Shown piece by piece: positions 26,652 to 35,584 of a DNA stretch of 64,000 nt. Below the pieces are notes generated by a model, which was given only the letters and a program-made list of their open reading frames with translations, made no database searches and was not told where the DNA came from. The DNA is from Patescibacteria group bacterium (GTDB taxonomy: Bacteria; Patescibacteriota; Microgenomatia; Levybacterales; UBA12049). A program made the translations under genes and the position numbers. Within the stretch, counting starts at the first letter, position 1; the number at the start of each line of letters is the position of its first letter. The DNA lies in assembly GCA_035457005.1 (NCBI GenBank), contig DATICB010000001.1, positions 3,246 through 67,245 on the forward strand, written 5' to 3'.

Positions 26652-27350
26652 ATGAAAATTCTTCAAATTTCAGATTTCCATAACGCAGTGGAAAAAGCAA
26701 AGGATATTTTGTACGAAAAAGTGGATAGAAAAACAGTTTTGTTTCTCTCAGGTGGCGCAACACCAAAAAGTTTGTATACACAACTTGCAAATGAAAAAAT
26801 TATCCACCCTGCTGCTGTTGGATTAATAGACGAAAGATATGGGAAAAAATTTCACGAAAAAAGTAATGAGCTGATGATAAAAGAGACGGGATTTTTACAT
26901 TATTTGTCATCTGCCACTATTCCTTTTTACCCGATCTTGAATAAAAATTTTTCCCGAGAAAAAACAGCAAAGGCGTACGATAAAACAACACGCGATTTAT
27001 TTTTTCATTTCCCAAAAAGTGTTGCGATAATGGGAGTTGGGGCAGATGGTCATACATCAAGTATTATTCCCAATAGAAAAGATTTTATTGACCCAATGTT
27101 TGCAGAAGGAAAAAAACAATTATTTGTTGGGGAACTTAATGACACAAAATCAGACTATAAAGAAAGAATTGGCATGACATTTGCAGGGTTATCACTTATT
27201 GATTATTTTATTGTTTTGCTTTTTGGTAAGGAGAAGAAAAAAGCATTACAGAAAATGTTCGACGAGGGGTCTTTGGAAGAAATACCTGCACGTTTTTTTA
27301 CCCAGCAAGCTTCAAATAATACTATTATTATTACCGATCAAGAGATTTAG
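26652..27350 (+). CDS. pgl: 6-phosphogluconolactonase
   Basis: LSGGATPKSLY, MGVGADGHTSSIIPN. Confidence 0.75.
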   Translation: MKILQISDFHNAVEKAKDILYEKVDRKTVLFLSGGATPKSLYTQLANEKIIHPAAVGLIDERYGKKFHEKSNELMIKETGFLHYLSSATIPFYPILNKNFSREKTAKAYDKTTRDLFFHFPKSVAIMGVGADGHTSSIIPNRKDFIDPMFAEGKKQLFVGELNDTKSDYKERIGMTFAGLSLIDYFIVLLFGKEKKKALQKMFDEGSLEEIPARFFTQQASNNTIIITDQEI

Positions 27351-27397
27351 CGAAGAAAAGTTCTTGTTTCTCTGCAAAGATGCAGTAGAATATCATT

Positions 27398-28828
27398 ATG
27401 GATTCGCCGTTTATTTTTATTCTTTTTGGAGCAACAGGGGATCTAGCAAAAAATAAATTAATTCCTTCACTGTTTACATTATTTAAGAAAAAAAAGTTGC
27501 CGGAAAATTTTTACATATTTGGTTTTGGGAGACGTGAAATAACAGACACAGACTTCGCTGCATTTTTTCCAGAATTTGCTCTCGATTCTTTATGGACTGA
27601 TTTTGCCAAGCATTTGCAATATCAACAAGGATTTTTTGATGAAGCAAATGGTTACATGCAACTTGTTGAAAAATTACAAAAAATAGACAAACAAATGGGC
27701 GCATGTGTCACTCGCATTTTTTACTTAGCAACACCGCCAAATAATTATGATGCTATTTTAGATAACTTAGTCAGTTCTAGGCTTTCAGAAGGATGTGGGC
27801 AAGGCAGTAGTAAATGGACGCGAATTGCCATTGAAAAACCGTTTGGAAAAGATTTACAAACAGCAAAAGCATTGGATGAAAAATTAGCAAAAAATTTTGA
27901 AGAAAGACAGATCTTTCGAGTCGACCATTATTTGGGAAAAGAGACATTGCAAAACTTACTTGTTTTCCGTTTTGCTAATGGTATTTTTGATCCTATCTGG
28001 AATAAAGAATATATTGATCATGTACAAATTACCTGGAATGAGAAAAAAGGAATAGGGACGCGGGGAAAGTTTTTCGATGGCGTCGGCATGCTTCGGGACG
28101 TTGGACAAAATCATCTTATGCAACTTATTGCTGCTGTTGCAATGGAAATGCCGCGAAGTTTTTCTAGAGAAGGTGTCCGAGATGCCAGGTCACAAGCAAT
28201 AAAAAATATTAGCTGTATCGAGCCAGACGAAGTTGCATCGCGAGTTGTGAGAGGACAATACAAGGGGTATCTTGATGAAAAGAATGTTGCATCAAATTCT
28301 TCAACCGAAACATTTGTTGCAATGAAATTTTTTGTTAATTCAGAAAGATTTGCTCATATACCGTTTTATGTGAGAGCAGGAAAAGCGATGGGAGACAATA
28401 GTGTGCAAATTCATATTGTTTTTAAACAAACGTGCCACATTCTCTTTAAAGAAATTGGTTGTCCAGAAGAGGGAAATGTGTTGACTATTCGCATACAGCC
28501 AAATGAAGGAATTTCACTTAAAATTATTGCGAAAACACCAAGTACGCACTTGTCGTTGCAACCGGTAGATATGCATTTTACCTACAATGAGTCATTCGGA
28601 ACAAAAGGGTCTGATGCATACGAAAAAATTCTTACAGATATTATGACAGGAGATCAAATGCTATTTAATCGGTCAGACGAATTAGAGGCATCATGGACAT
28701 TTATTGAAAAAATTATCAAAGGATGGGAAAAATCAGGCGAGAAAATTACGTCATACGCGGTTGGTTCTGCTCGTCCTGATGCAGCAGATGCACTGATCGA
28801 AAAAGACGGAAGAAAATGGATAGAGTAA
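27398..28828 (+). CDS. zwf: glucose-6-phosphate 1-dehydrogenase
   Basis: LFGATGDLAKNKLIPSLF, RVDHYLGKE. Confidence 0.9.
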   Translation: MDSPFIFILFGATGDLAKNKLIPSLFTLFKKKKLPENFYIFGFGRREITDTDFAAFFPEFALDSLWTDFAKHLQYQQGFFDEANGYMQLVEKLQKIDKQMGACVTRIFYLATPPNNYDAILDNLVSSRLSEGCGQGSSKWTRIAIEKPFGKDLQTAKALDEKLAKNFEERQIFRVDHYLGKETLQNLLVFRFANGIFDPIWNKEYIDHVQITWNEKKGIGTRGKFFDGVGMLRDVGQNHLMQLIAAVAMEMPRSFSREGVRDARSQAIKNISCIEPDEVASRVVRGQYKGYLDEKNVASNSSTETFVAMKFFVNSERFAHIPFYVRAGKAMGDNSVQIHIVFKQTCHILFKEIGCPEEGNVLTIRIQPNEGISLKIIAKTPSTHLSLQPVDMHFTYNESFGTKGSDAYEKILTDIMTGDQMLFNRSDELEASWTFIEKIIKGWEKSGEKITSYAVGSARPDAADALIEKDGRKWIE

Positions 28829-28839
28829 TTTCGTAATCT

Positions 28840-28868
28840 TGATTTTTGTAAGACAAATAGCTACTATA
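28840..28868 (+). promoter_or_regulatory. putative promoter TTGATT-17-TACTAT
   Basis: The -10 box lies about 7 nt before the leader-peptide ATG at 28874. Confidence 0.3.
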
Positions 28869-28873
28869 AAATT

Positions 28874-28987
28874 ATGAATGATCGCGTTTTAGTTACTAAT
28901 AATTATTCGCCCAACAAAACCTCCTAGATTTTTGCTGGGAGATTTTGCGTACTCATGTTGTAGACCTCCCAGCACGGGAGGTTTTTT
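28874..28987 (+). promoter_or_regulatory. attenuator-like leader: 17-codon ORF (MNDRVLVTNNYSPNKTS) overlapping three mutually exclusive hairpins and ending in a terminator
   Basis: Hairpin 1 is CCTCC..GGGAG. Hairpin 2 is CTGGGAG(28935-41)..CTCCCAG(28966-72). Hairpin 3, the terminator, is CCTCCC-AGCAC-GGGAGG followed by TTTTTT (28965-28987). Confidence 0.45.
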
Positions 28988-29020
28988 AGTGGGATACCAT
29001 GTAGTTTTGTGTTTACATGT

Positions 29021-29093
29021 GTCACGGTTGGATAGCTCTTTGAGCATTCAACGTGACCCTGTTAGATGCGAAGCTATCTAACAGGGGAGGTGA
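29021..29093 (+). promoter_or_regulatory. conserved bipartite 5' leader (hairpin A, hairpin B, GGGGAGGTG SD), copy 1
   Basis: A is GTCACG-GTTGGATAG..CATTCAA-CGTGAC. B is CTGTTAGAT-GCGAAGC-TATCTAACAG. Then GGGGAGGTGAAAAAATATG. Confidence 0.55.
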
Positions 29094-29099
29094 AAAAAT

Positions 29100-29423
29100 A
29101 TGAATCCAATTATTTGTACAATTTGTCAAAAAACAAATCATTTACCGGAAAAACAAGTTATTGTTATGGCAAATTTTGCACAGAAGTATCAAGCAGAAAG
29201 AGCGTTATTTGATATTCAAAAATCACACATTGCTATTGTCTGGCAGAGAATTTTTGTCCGGTCAGATTTTATAACACTTATTTTGTCATTGCATGGCATA
29301 AAAGATATTGTTCATCTGCAAAGTCTTTACATTGAAAGTATGTGTCAAAATAATAATGCATTAACAATTGATGTTGTTTCGCAAAAAGTACATCAAGAAA
29401 AATTATTGTCTGCTTTGAGCTAG
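29100..29423 (+). CDS. hypothetical protein (107 aa)
   Basis: ORF with a strong SD. Confidence 0.45.
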   Translation: MNPIICTICQKTNHLPEKQVIVMANFAQKYQAERALFDIQKSHIAIVWQRIFVRSDFITLILSLHGIKDIVHLQSLYIESMCQNNNALTIDVVSQKVHQEKLLSALS

Positions 29424-29469
29424 TTTTATCTCTTGTTTTAGAGAAAAAAAGTGTGTAGTTTTAATAAAT

Positions 29470-30444
29470 ATGCTAATTGGTTTTCTCGGACTTGGGAAAA
29501 TGGGTGGCCGAATGGTGAGTAAATTATTGCAAGGCGGACACGATGTTGTGGCGTGGAATAGGTCGATAGACGTTTCAGAAGAATTTGTCAAACAATATGC
29601 TTTGAGCAAAGCGACCAGCCTGCCGGCGCGGCAGGGAAGTTCCCACATTCGTTCGAATAATATCTCCCTTGTTAAAAATATTTCTGATTTTGTTTTATTA
29701 AAAAATAAACCTCATGTTTTTTGGTCAATGGTTCAATATGGAGAACCGACCAAACAGGTTCTTTTGCAACTTCTTACTACTGCAGAAAAAGGTGATGTGG
29801 TTATTGATGGGGCAAATTCTTTTTACTTGGATACACAAAAACAGTACGAAGCATTTACTAAAAAAGGGATTCACTTTTTGGGAATTGGTGTAAGCGGGGG
29901 AATTCTGGCACCAGTCAATGGATTTCCTCTCATGGCAGGGGGATCAGAGACAGGATATAAAAAAATCCAACCAATTCTTGATACACTCAGTAAACCACAT
30001 GGAGGTCATGCGTATTTTGGGAAAGGCGGAGTTGGACATTTTATTAAAATGGTTCACAACGGCGTGGAGTACGGGATGATGCAAGCAATTGGTGAGGGAT
30101 TTGGTGTTTTGGAAAAGGGACCGTATTTGTTGGATTTGGAAAAAGTTGCAGATCTTTGGACAAAAGAGACAATTGTTTCTGGGTTCCTCATGGATTGCGC
30201 AAGAGATGCATTGGTAAAAGATCCACAACTTGCCAAGACGGCAGGATTTATAGAAGAAAATGGGGAAGCAAAATGGACAATTGCATTGGCAAAAAAGCTA
30301 CGGGTTCCAATTGAGATTATTGAAGCTTCATTACAATTTAGACAAAAATCACAAAAAAGTTTGATTATCCAAAAGTCATTTGCTGCAAAAATGGTTGCCG
30401 CCCTCAGACACGAATTTGGTGGACATAAGACAAAGGAGAAATAA
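29470..30444 (+). CDS. gnd: 6-phosphogluconate dehydrogenase (decarboxylating), short form, with an insertion after the Rossmann fold
   Basis: GFLGLGKMGGRM, HFIKMVHNGVEYGMMQAIGEG. Confidence 0.75.
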   Translation: MLIGFLGLGKMGGRMVSKLLQGGHDVVAWNRSIDVSEEFVKQYALSKATSLPARQGSSHIRSNNISLVKNISDFVLLKNKPHVFWSMVQYGEPTKQVLLQLLTTAEKGDVVIDGANSFYLDTQKQYEAFTKKGIHFLGIGVSGGILAPVNGFPLMAGGSETGYKKIQPILDTLSKPHGGHAYFGKGGVGHFIKMVHNGVEYGMMQAIGEGFGVLEKGPYLLDLEKVADLWTKETIVSGFLMDCARDALVKDPQLAKTAGFIEENGEAKWTIALAKKLRVPIEIIEASLQFRQKSQKSLIIQKSFAAKMVAALRHEFGGHKTKEK

Positions 30445-30636
30445 ATGGCCAACAAACCTAAGGAGTATGGTGTTGCACCCGATTCTCCACGAACGCAGGA
30501 TAGTGTTACTAGAAGAATAGGAGAATTAGGTGATGCAACACGGCGGAGAGGTTTGGACATTTATTCCTTTTTAAGACTCCGTCGATTGGGGCAAAAAATT
30601 GATAATGGTGATTACCATGAGGACAGATTTCATTGA
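30445..30636 (+). CDS. hypothetical small protein
   Basis: ORF only. Confidence 0.25.
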   Translation: MANKPKEYGVAPDSPRTQDSVTRRIGELGDATRRRGLDIYSFLRLRRLGQKIDNGDYHEDRFH

Positions 30637-30660
30637 CAAAAAACGTTTTATGTATATAAT
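30633..30660 (+). promoter_or_regulatory. consensus sigma70-like promoter TTGACA-16-TATAAT driving the T-box leader
   Basis: Exact consensus hexamers. Confidence 0.5.
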
Positions 30661-30852
30661 AACTGTAACGCGTTGTGGGTATCCCGCCCAATTTGTTCTT
30701 GGAAAGAGAACACGCTGACTGCGATGAGCAGATCCGAGCCACTCTCGTAAAAAGTGAAAGGTGAGTTCGAAAGAATTTACGAAGCAAGGTGGTACCACGA
30801 TTTACCTCGTCCTTGTTAAGCAGATTTCTGTTTAATGAAGACGAGTTTTTTA
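30661..30852 (+). ncRNA. T-box leader (tRNA-sensing riboswitch) upstream of proS
   Basis: AAGGTGGTACCACG at 30786-30799 matches the T-box AGGGTGGNACCGCG core. Terminator CTCGTC...GACGAG TTTTTT at 30806-30851. AGAGA and a candidate CCG specifier lie upstream. Confidence 0.65.
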
Positions 30853-30877
30853 TTGTAAAATTTGATACGATTACATT

Positions 30878-32590
30878 ATGAAATATTCACAGTTACCATT
30901 TAAGACAACAAAAACAATTGCAAAAGATTTGCAGTCAAAAAATTCACGTCTTCTTACTCAGGCTGGCTACATTCATAAGGAAATTGCAGGGGTATACACG
31001 TTTTTGCCTCTTGGACTGCGAGTTTTGAATAAAATAGAAGCGATTATTCGTGAGGAGATGGATACGATTTCTGCAGAGCTTTTTATGCCTTCATTGGCAC
31101 CAATTGCTCACTGGGAAAAAACAAAACGATTCCACAGTGTTGATGTGCTCATGAAGACAACACCTGCAAATGAAAAAGCCAGACTAAAAAACGATACAGA
31201 ATATGTCCTGAGCCCAACACACGAAGATATGGTCACACCGCTTGTGCAAGAATTTGTCCATTCATACAAAGATTTACCAGTTGCGGTGTATCAAATTCAA
31301 ACAAAATTTAGAAACGAGCCTCGTGCAAAATCAGGACTACTGAGGTGTCGTGAATTTCGTATGAAAGATTTGTATTCATTCCACATGAACGAAGAGGATT
31401 TAAAAAGATACTACGAAATTGTAAAAGAAGTATATTTTCGAGTTTTTGAAAAATTAGGTCTTAAGCATGGACTATTTCTTACCTTAGCATCTGGTGGTGA
31501 TTTTACGAAAGATTACTCGCATGAGTTTCAGGTTGTCTGTGATGCTGGGGAGGATATTATTTTCCATGTAAAAAGCAAAAATCTTACCTTTAATCGCGAG
31601 GTTGCGCCAAGTATGGCGCCAACTATGGATCAGCACGATGAGGAAGAAAAACCACTTGCCGAAATAGAAGGTGTTGGCATGATTGGAGTAGAAGAGGTGG
31701 CAAAACACATAGGAATTACTGTTGAGCAAACAACAAAAACACTTCTTTTTGAAGATGAAAATCACCATATTATCGCGGCAACAGTCAGGGGTGGATATGA
31801 CGTGAACGAGGAGAAATTGCAAAAAATTGCAGGAGTCGGCTCGCTTACTTTGGCTTCTGCAGAAACAGTAAAGAAAGTTACTGGTGCAGAAGTTGGGTAT
31901 GCGGGACTTCTGAATTTACCAAAAGACGTAAAAATATTTATGGATGAATCACTGAAAGGAAGACGTAATTTTGAAATGGGAGCAAACAAAACAGGGTTTC
32001 ATTCAATGAATGTTAATTTTGGAAGAGATTTACCAGAACCAGAGACATTTTACGATCTTAAGACTGCCAAAGAAGGCGACAAATATCCTGAAACAGGTGA
32101 AGTATATGAAGTGTATAAAGCAGCAGAAGTTGGTAATATTTTTCCACTCAATGTAAAATTTTCCGAAAGCTTTGGGTTTACCTACATAGATGAAAAAGGT
32201 CAAAAAATGCCAATTTATATGGGAAGTTACGGTATTGGCCCATCCCGAGTTATGGGAGTAATTGTTGAGAAGTTTGCCGACGAAAAAGGGCTTATTTGGC
32301 CTCATAATATTGCACCGTATACGGTTCATCTCATCTCCCTTAACGCACATGATAAGGCAGGCATGTTGTACAAAACGTTGGAGCAAGAAGGAGTCGAGAT
32401 ATTTTATGATGACCGCGGTAATGCGTCTGCTGGAGAAAAATTTGCAGATGCAGACCTTATGGGTATGCCGGTTCGTTTAGTTATTAGTGGCAAAACAGGA
32501 GACAGTGTTGAATGGAAAGAGCGGGGTAAAGAAAATAGTGAGTTGATAAGTGTTGAAGAAGTAATTACCCGTTTAAAAAGAGCTCATTGA
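30878..32590 (+). CDS. proS: prolyl-tRNA synthetase
   Basis: Class II aaRS motifs FRNEPRAK..REFRMKDLYSF and a C-terminal anticodon-binding region. Confidence 0.85.
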   Translation: MKYSQLPFKTTKTIAKDLQSKNSRLLTQAGYIHKEIAGVYTFLPLGLRVLNKIEAIIREEMDTISAELFMPSLAPIAHWEKTKRFHSVDVLMKTTPANEKARLKNDTEYVLSPTHEDMVTPLVQEFVHSYKDLPVAVYQIQTKFRNEPRAKSGLLRCREFRMKDLYSFHMNEEDLKRYYEIVKEVYFRVFEKLGLKHGLFLTLASGGDFTKDYSHEFQVVCDAGEDIIFHVKSKNLTFNREVAPSMAPTMDQHDEEEKPLAEIEGVGMIGVEEVAKHIGITVEQTTKTLLFEDENHHIIAATVRGGYDVNEEKLQKIAGVGSLTLASAETVKKVTGAEVGYAGLLNLPKDVKIFMDESLKGRRNFEMGANKTGFHSMNVNFGRDLPEPETFYDLKTAKEGDKYPETGEVYEVYKAAEVGNIFPLNVKFSESFGFTYIDEKGQKMPIYMGSYGIGPSRVMGVIVEKFADEKGLIWPHNIAPYTVHLISLNAHDKAGMLYKTLEQEGVEIFYDDRGNASAGEKFADADLMGMPVRLVISGKTGDSVEWKERGKENSELISVEEVITRLKRAH

Positions 32591-33303
32591 GAAAGAAATG
32601 GGAGAGAATACCCAAAGAATTTTACCCAAAACACTGCATAGACTACTAAAAAAGCAAAAGCACCAAAAATAAGAATCAGCGGAGAAAATCCTTTCCCTTT
32701 TACTTTTGCAGCTGCAACAGGACTTCCGCCATTACCTATTTTTATTGTTTCTGTTTCATGAGGAACAATATGCGGCATGCTCATTGTTGCACTCATAGAA
32801 TCCATAGGAGAAGCATTTGTTGGCGTTGGAGTTGTAGGTGTTGCTGTTTGCGCATCATCTGTTGTTGGCGTCATAGGTGATGGAGGAGTCGGCTCAGAAG
32901 CAGGTATTGGATTACCAGGGAGTGTTATGGGCGTGTCCATAGAGGGACTTGTGGGAGGTGTAGATGGCGGCGTTGGCATTACTGGTGTTACGGGGTTGTC
33001 TGCCGGCATTTCTGGTGCAGATGGCATTGTTGGACTTTGCATAGGGTCTGCCGGTGTTGGGGAAGGCATAGTAGGCGATGGTACTGGCGTCGGTTCTGCT
33101 GGTGAAATAGGCGGTGTCTGAGAAGCAGGGTCCTGCGTTGGTGTTGTCGGTGATGGTGAGGTAGGTGTTTGAGAAGGTGTTGCGGAAAGATTTGTCCCCA
33201 TAACACGGTCGTAGACTTCTTGTAATTTGGGGTCTAGTGGTTGATTGCTGTTTTGTTTGGGATCCATGTATACATAATCTCGAATCTTATACTCGTTTGT
33301 CAA
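32584..33303 (-). CDS. Pro/Thr/Ser-rich protein with a C-terminal TM anchor
   Basis: Low-complexity PT-rich ORF with a C-terminal hydrophobic helix. Confidence 0.5.
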   Translation of the reverse strand: MTNEYKIRDYVYMDPKQNSNQPLDPKLQEVYDRVMGTNLSATPSQTPTSPSPTTPTQDPASQTPPISPAEPTPVPSPTMPSPTPADPMQSPTMPSAPEMPADNPVTPVMPTPPSTPPTSPSMDTPITLPGNPIPASEPTPPSPMTPTTDDAQTATPTTPTPTNASPMDSMSATMSMPHIVPHETETIKIGNGGSPVAAAKVKGKGFSPLILIFGAFAFLVVYAVFWVKFFGYSLPFLSQ

Positions 33304-33368
33304 GTTTCAACTTGTTTACCTTTTAATCCAGAGCGCATAAGACTTGGGCTATTTGCTATAATTGCATT

Positions 33369-34286
33369 ATGCACGTTATTATTACCCACGCATCTCCTGA
33401 CTGGGACGCAATTGGTTCTGTTTGGATTTTAAAGCGATTTTTGCCAGGATGGGAGAATGCAAAAGTGGAATTTGTCCCGGCAGGTAATCGGAGCCCACGC
33501 GTTTTACGAAAAGAAAAAGAAGCAGATACACAAGTCGTCGTAGAATCTGATGACACAAAAATAATTCACGTCGATACTGGGCTTACTCCTTTAGATCATC
33601 ATCAAATTTATGATACCAATGTCTGTTCAACAAGTAGATGTTGGGACTATGTTGCCCGCGAAAATCCCAATCTTCATGCAACAACATCGGACACAAAAAG
33701 AGACGATAAAATTGTTGCGATGGAGCGAATCGTTAGCTACATTGTTGCGCTGGATCATTTTCAGGAAATTTTTTGGCCAGACGCTGGATCTGACATTCAC
33801 GAGTTTAGTCTCTATGGCATTTTAGAGGGAATGAAGGGACTTCATCCTGACGATGATGACTATTTTGTGAGTTGGGGAATGGATATTTTGGATGCAATGC
33901 TCAAACGATTTGAGAGCAGAGTTTGGGCAGAAAAAGAAATTGCAAAAGGGAAAGAATTTAGTACGAAGTGGGGAAAGGCAATTGCGATTGAGACAATCAA
34001 TGATAGTGTGATTAAGCTTGCGCAAAAAATGGGATATGTTGTGGTTGTCAGACGTGATCCGCGAAAAGGATATGTGCGAATTAAAGCAGTTCCATTTAAA
34101 GAAGGGGTGACTCCAAATGTTAATTTAAGCCTTGTGCATAATCAGCTCGAAAAAATGGATCCAGAGGCAACGTGGTTTCTTCATGTCTCCAATAAAATGC
34201 TTCTTAATGGCACGCCAAAAAACCCAAAAATGGTACCAACAAAACTTTCTTTAGAGCAGATTGTTTCGGTTTTGGAAAAGATATAA
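33369..34286 (+). CDS. DHH family phosphoesterase (NrnA-like)
   Basis: ITHASPDWDAIGS and LTPLDHHQ motifs. Confidence 0.65.
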   Translation: MHVIITHASPDWDAIGSVWILKRFLPGWENAKVEFVPAGNRSPRVLRKEKEADTQVVVESDDTKIIHVDTGLTPLDHHQIYDTNVCSTSRCWDYVARENPNLHATTSDTKRDDKIVAMERIVSYIVALDHFQEIFWPDAGSDIHEFSLYGILEGMKGLHPDDDDYFVSWGMDILDAMLKRFESRVWAEKEIAKGKEFSTKWGKAIAIETINDSVIKLAQKMGYVVVVRRDPRKGYVRIKAVPFKEGVTPNVNLSLVHNQLEKMDPEATWFLHVSNKMLLNGTPKNPKMVPTKLSLEQIVSVLEKI

Positions 34287-34288
34287 GT

Positions 34289-34363
34289 GTCATCGCGAGT
34301 TTGCCTGCTGGCAACGTGGCGATCTTTAAAAGATTGCTTCGTCACTACGTTCCTCGCAATGAC
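34289..34363. repeat. R1 element, intergenic copy filling the gap between DHH and HIT
   Basis: GTCATCGCGAG...GATTGCTTCGTCACTACGTTCCTCGCAATGAC. Confidence 0.7.
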
Positions 34364-34370
34364 AAAATCT

Positions 34371-34694
34371 ATGGATAGCTGTATTTTCTGCAAAATTGCG
34401 AGTCATATTGAACCCAAAAGCTTTACTTACGAAGACGAAGACATTATGGTTTTTCCAGACACGCATCCTGTTAAGCCTGTTCATCTTCTTATTGTTCCTA
34501 AAAAGCACTATAAAGATTTCATAGAGCTTAGTGACGCTGTTTTGTGGAATAAGATTCGGGAAGTTGCCCAGAAACTTGTTGGTCAGTTTGATCTAGCAGA
34601 TAAAGGCTTTCGCATCTCAATTAATGGCGGTGGGGCACAAAAAATTGACCATTTGCATGTTCACCTCATGGGACCAATGGGAAAGATGGTATAA
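34371..34694 (+). CDS. HIT family protein
   Basis: HLHVHLMG histidine triad. The start was taken at MDSC, downstream of the repeat. Confidence 0.75.
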   Translation: MDSCIFCKIASHIEPKSFTYEDEDIMVFPDTHPVKPVHLLIVPKKHYKDFIELSDAVLWNKIREVAQKLVGQFDLADKGFRISINGGGAQKIDHLHVHLMGPMGKMV

Positions 34695-34742
34695 GGAAAA
34701 GTGTTGTGGAATTTGTTTTACATAGCTTTTTTAGCGAGACAG

Positions 34743-34770
34743 GATCCTTCGTTTCACTCAGGATGACATG
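34743..34770. repeat. R3 hairpin-unit repeat, reverse orientation
   Basis: CAGGATCCTTCGTTTCACTCAGGATGAC. Confidence 0.55.
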
Positions 34771-34794
34771 AATTTGTTTATAATTATACAAAAT

Positions 34795-34826
34795 CATGTC
34801 ACTTTTCCACATTTTTGTGATATAAT
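34795..34826 (+). promoter_or_regulatory. extended -10 promoter (TGaTATAAT)
   Basis: TGATATAAT at 34818-34826, upstream of the rpsU leader. Confidence 0.35.
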
Positions 34827-34848
34827 TAACCACGCTACATAACAAAGG

Positions 34849-34925
34849 GCCACAGTTAGATAGGCTGAGGCCATCTAGCGTGGTTCCATTGGATGCTCCA
34901 AGGAGCTATGCAATAGGAGGAGGTG
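34849..34925 (+). promoter_or_regulatory. conserved bipartite 5' leader, copy 2 (upstream of rpsU)
   Basis: A is GCCAC-AGTTAGATAG..CATCTAGC-GTGG. B-like is TTGGATGC..AGCTATGCAATAGG. Then AGGAGGAGGTG. Confidence 0.5.
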
Positions 34926-34937
34926 TTTATTTAATTT

Positions 34938-35138
34938 ATGGTAATTGTCGTAAAACAACCAGGTGATTCGGATGATGCAGTCATTCGAAAATTTACAAAA
35001 AAAGTAATGGATGCAGGTATCGTTCAGCAAGCAAAGCGTTTGCAATTTTACCTAAAGCCTTCAGCCGCACGTGCACAAAAAAAGCAAGATAATAGAAAAG
35101 CACGACTCCTGAAAAAGTCCATCAAAGCAACAATATAA
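34938..35138 (+). CDS. rpsU: 30S ribosomal protein S21
   Basis: 66 aa; RKFTKKV..AGIV..KR..FY.KPS..R..K S21 pattern. Confidence 0.75.
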   Translation: MVIVVKQPGDSDDAVIRKFTKKVMDAGIVQQAKRLQFYLKPSAARAQKKQDNRKARLLKKSIKATI

Positions 35139-35524
35139 TGAATGATGTAAGCGTTTTGTTATTTGTCGAAAGCAGATACAAAGTTAACCGCCGTCGCATA
35201 CGAAGAGCTGTTGAAAAAGTGTTGTATGATCAGCATGTTGCAGGCCCCGTAGAGGTAAGTATTGCGATTATTGGCGACCGCAAAATGCGCGAATTATCCA
35301 AAAAATACAAAGGCGAGGATAAAACGCGAAACATTCTGAGTTTTTCTTTGGCAGAGGGGAGTCCAACAGTATTGCCAACAGATAAACTCCGCCTTGGCGA
35401 TATTGTTATTTCGTATCCATATCTTATTAAAGAAGCAGCGCAATTTGATGAATTGGTCGACGATCGCATGGACATGCTTGTTAGCCATGGTATGTTGCAT
35501 CTTTTGGGCGTTCACCACGAATAG
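35138..35524 (+). CDS. ybeY: endoribonuclease YbeY
   Basis: HGMLHLLGVHHE metal-binding motif. Confidence 0.8.
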   Translation: MNDVSVLLFVESRYKVNRRRIRRAVEKVLYDQHVAGPVEVSIAIIGDRKMRELSKKYKGEDKTRNILSFSLAEGSPTVLPTDKLRLGDIVISYPYLIKEAAQFDELVDDRMDMLVSHGMLHLLGVHHE

Positions 35525-35584
35525 AAAAGACAGAGTTTGTTCCATTTCCAATTGTGTGCTTTTGTAGTATTCTAGGAAAGCTTT

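Noticed and set aside
32777-33206. Gly/Val-rich plus-strand ORF and His/Gln-rich minus-strand ORF overlapping the Pro/Thr-rich gene
   Set aside because: These are artefacts of low-complexity repeats read in other frames.
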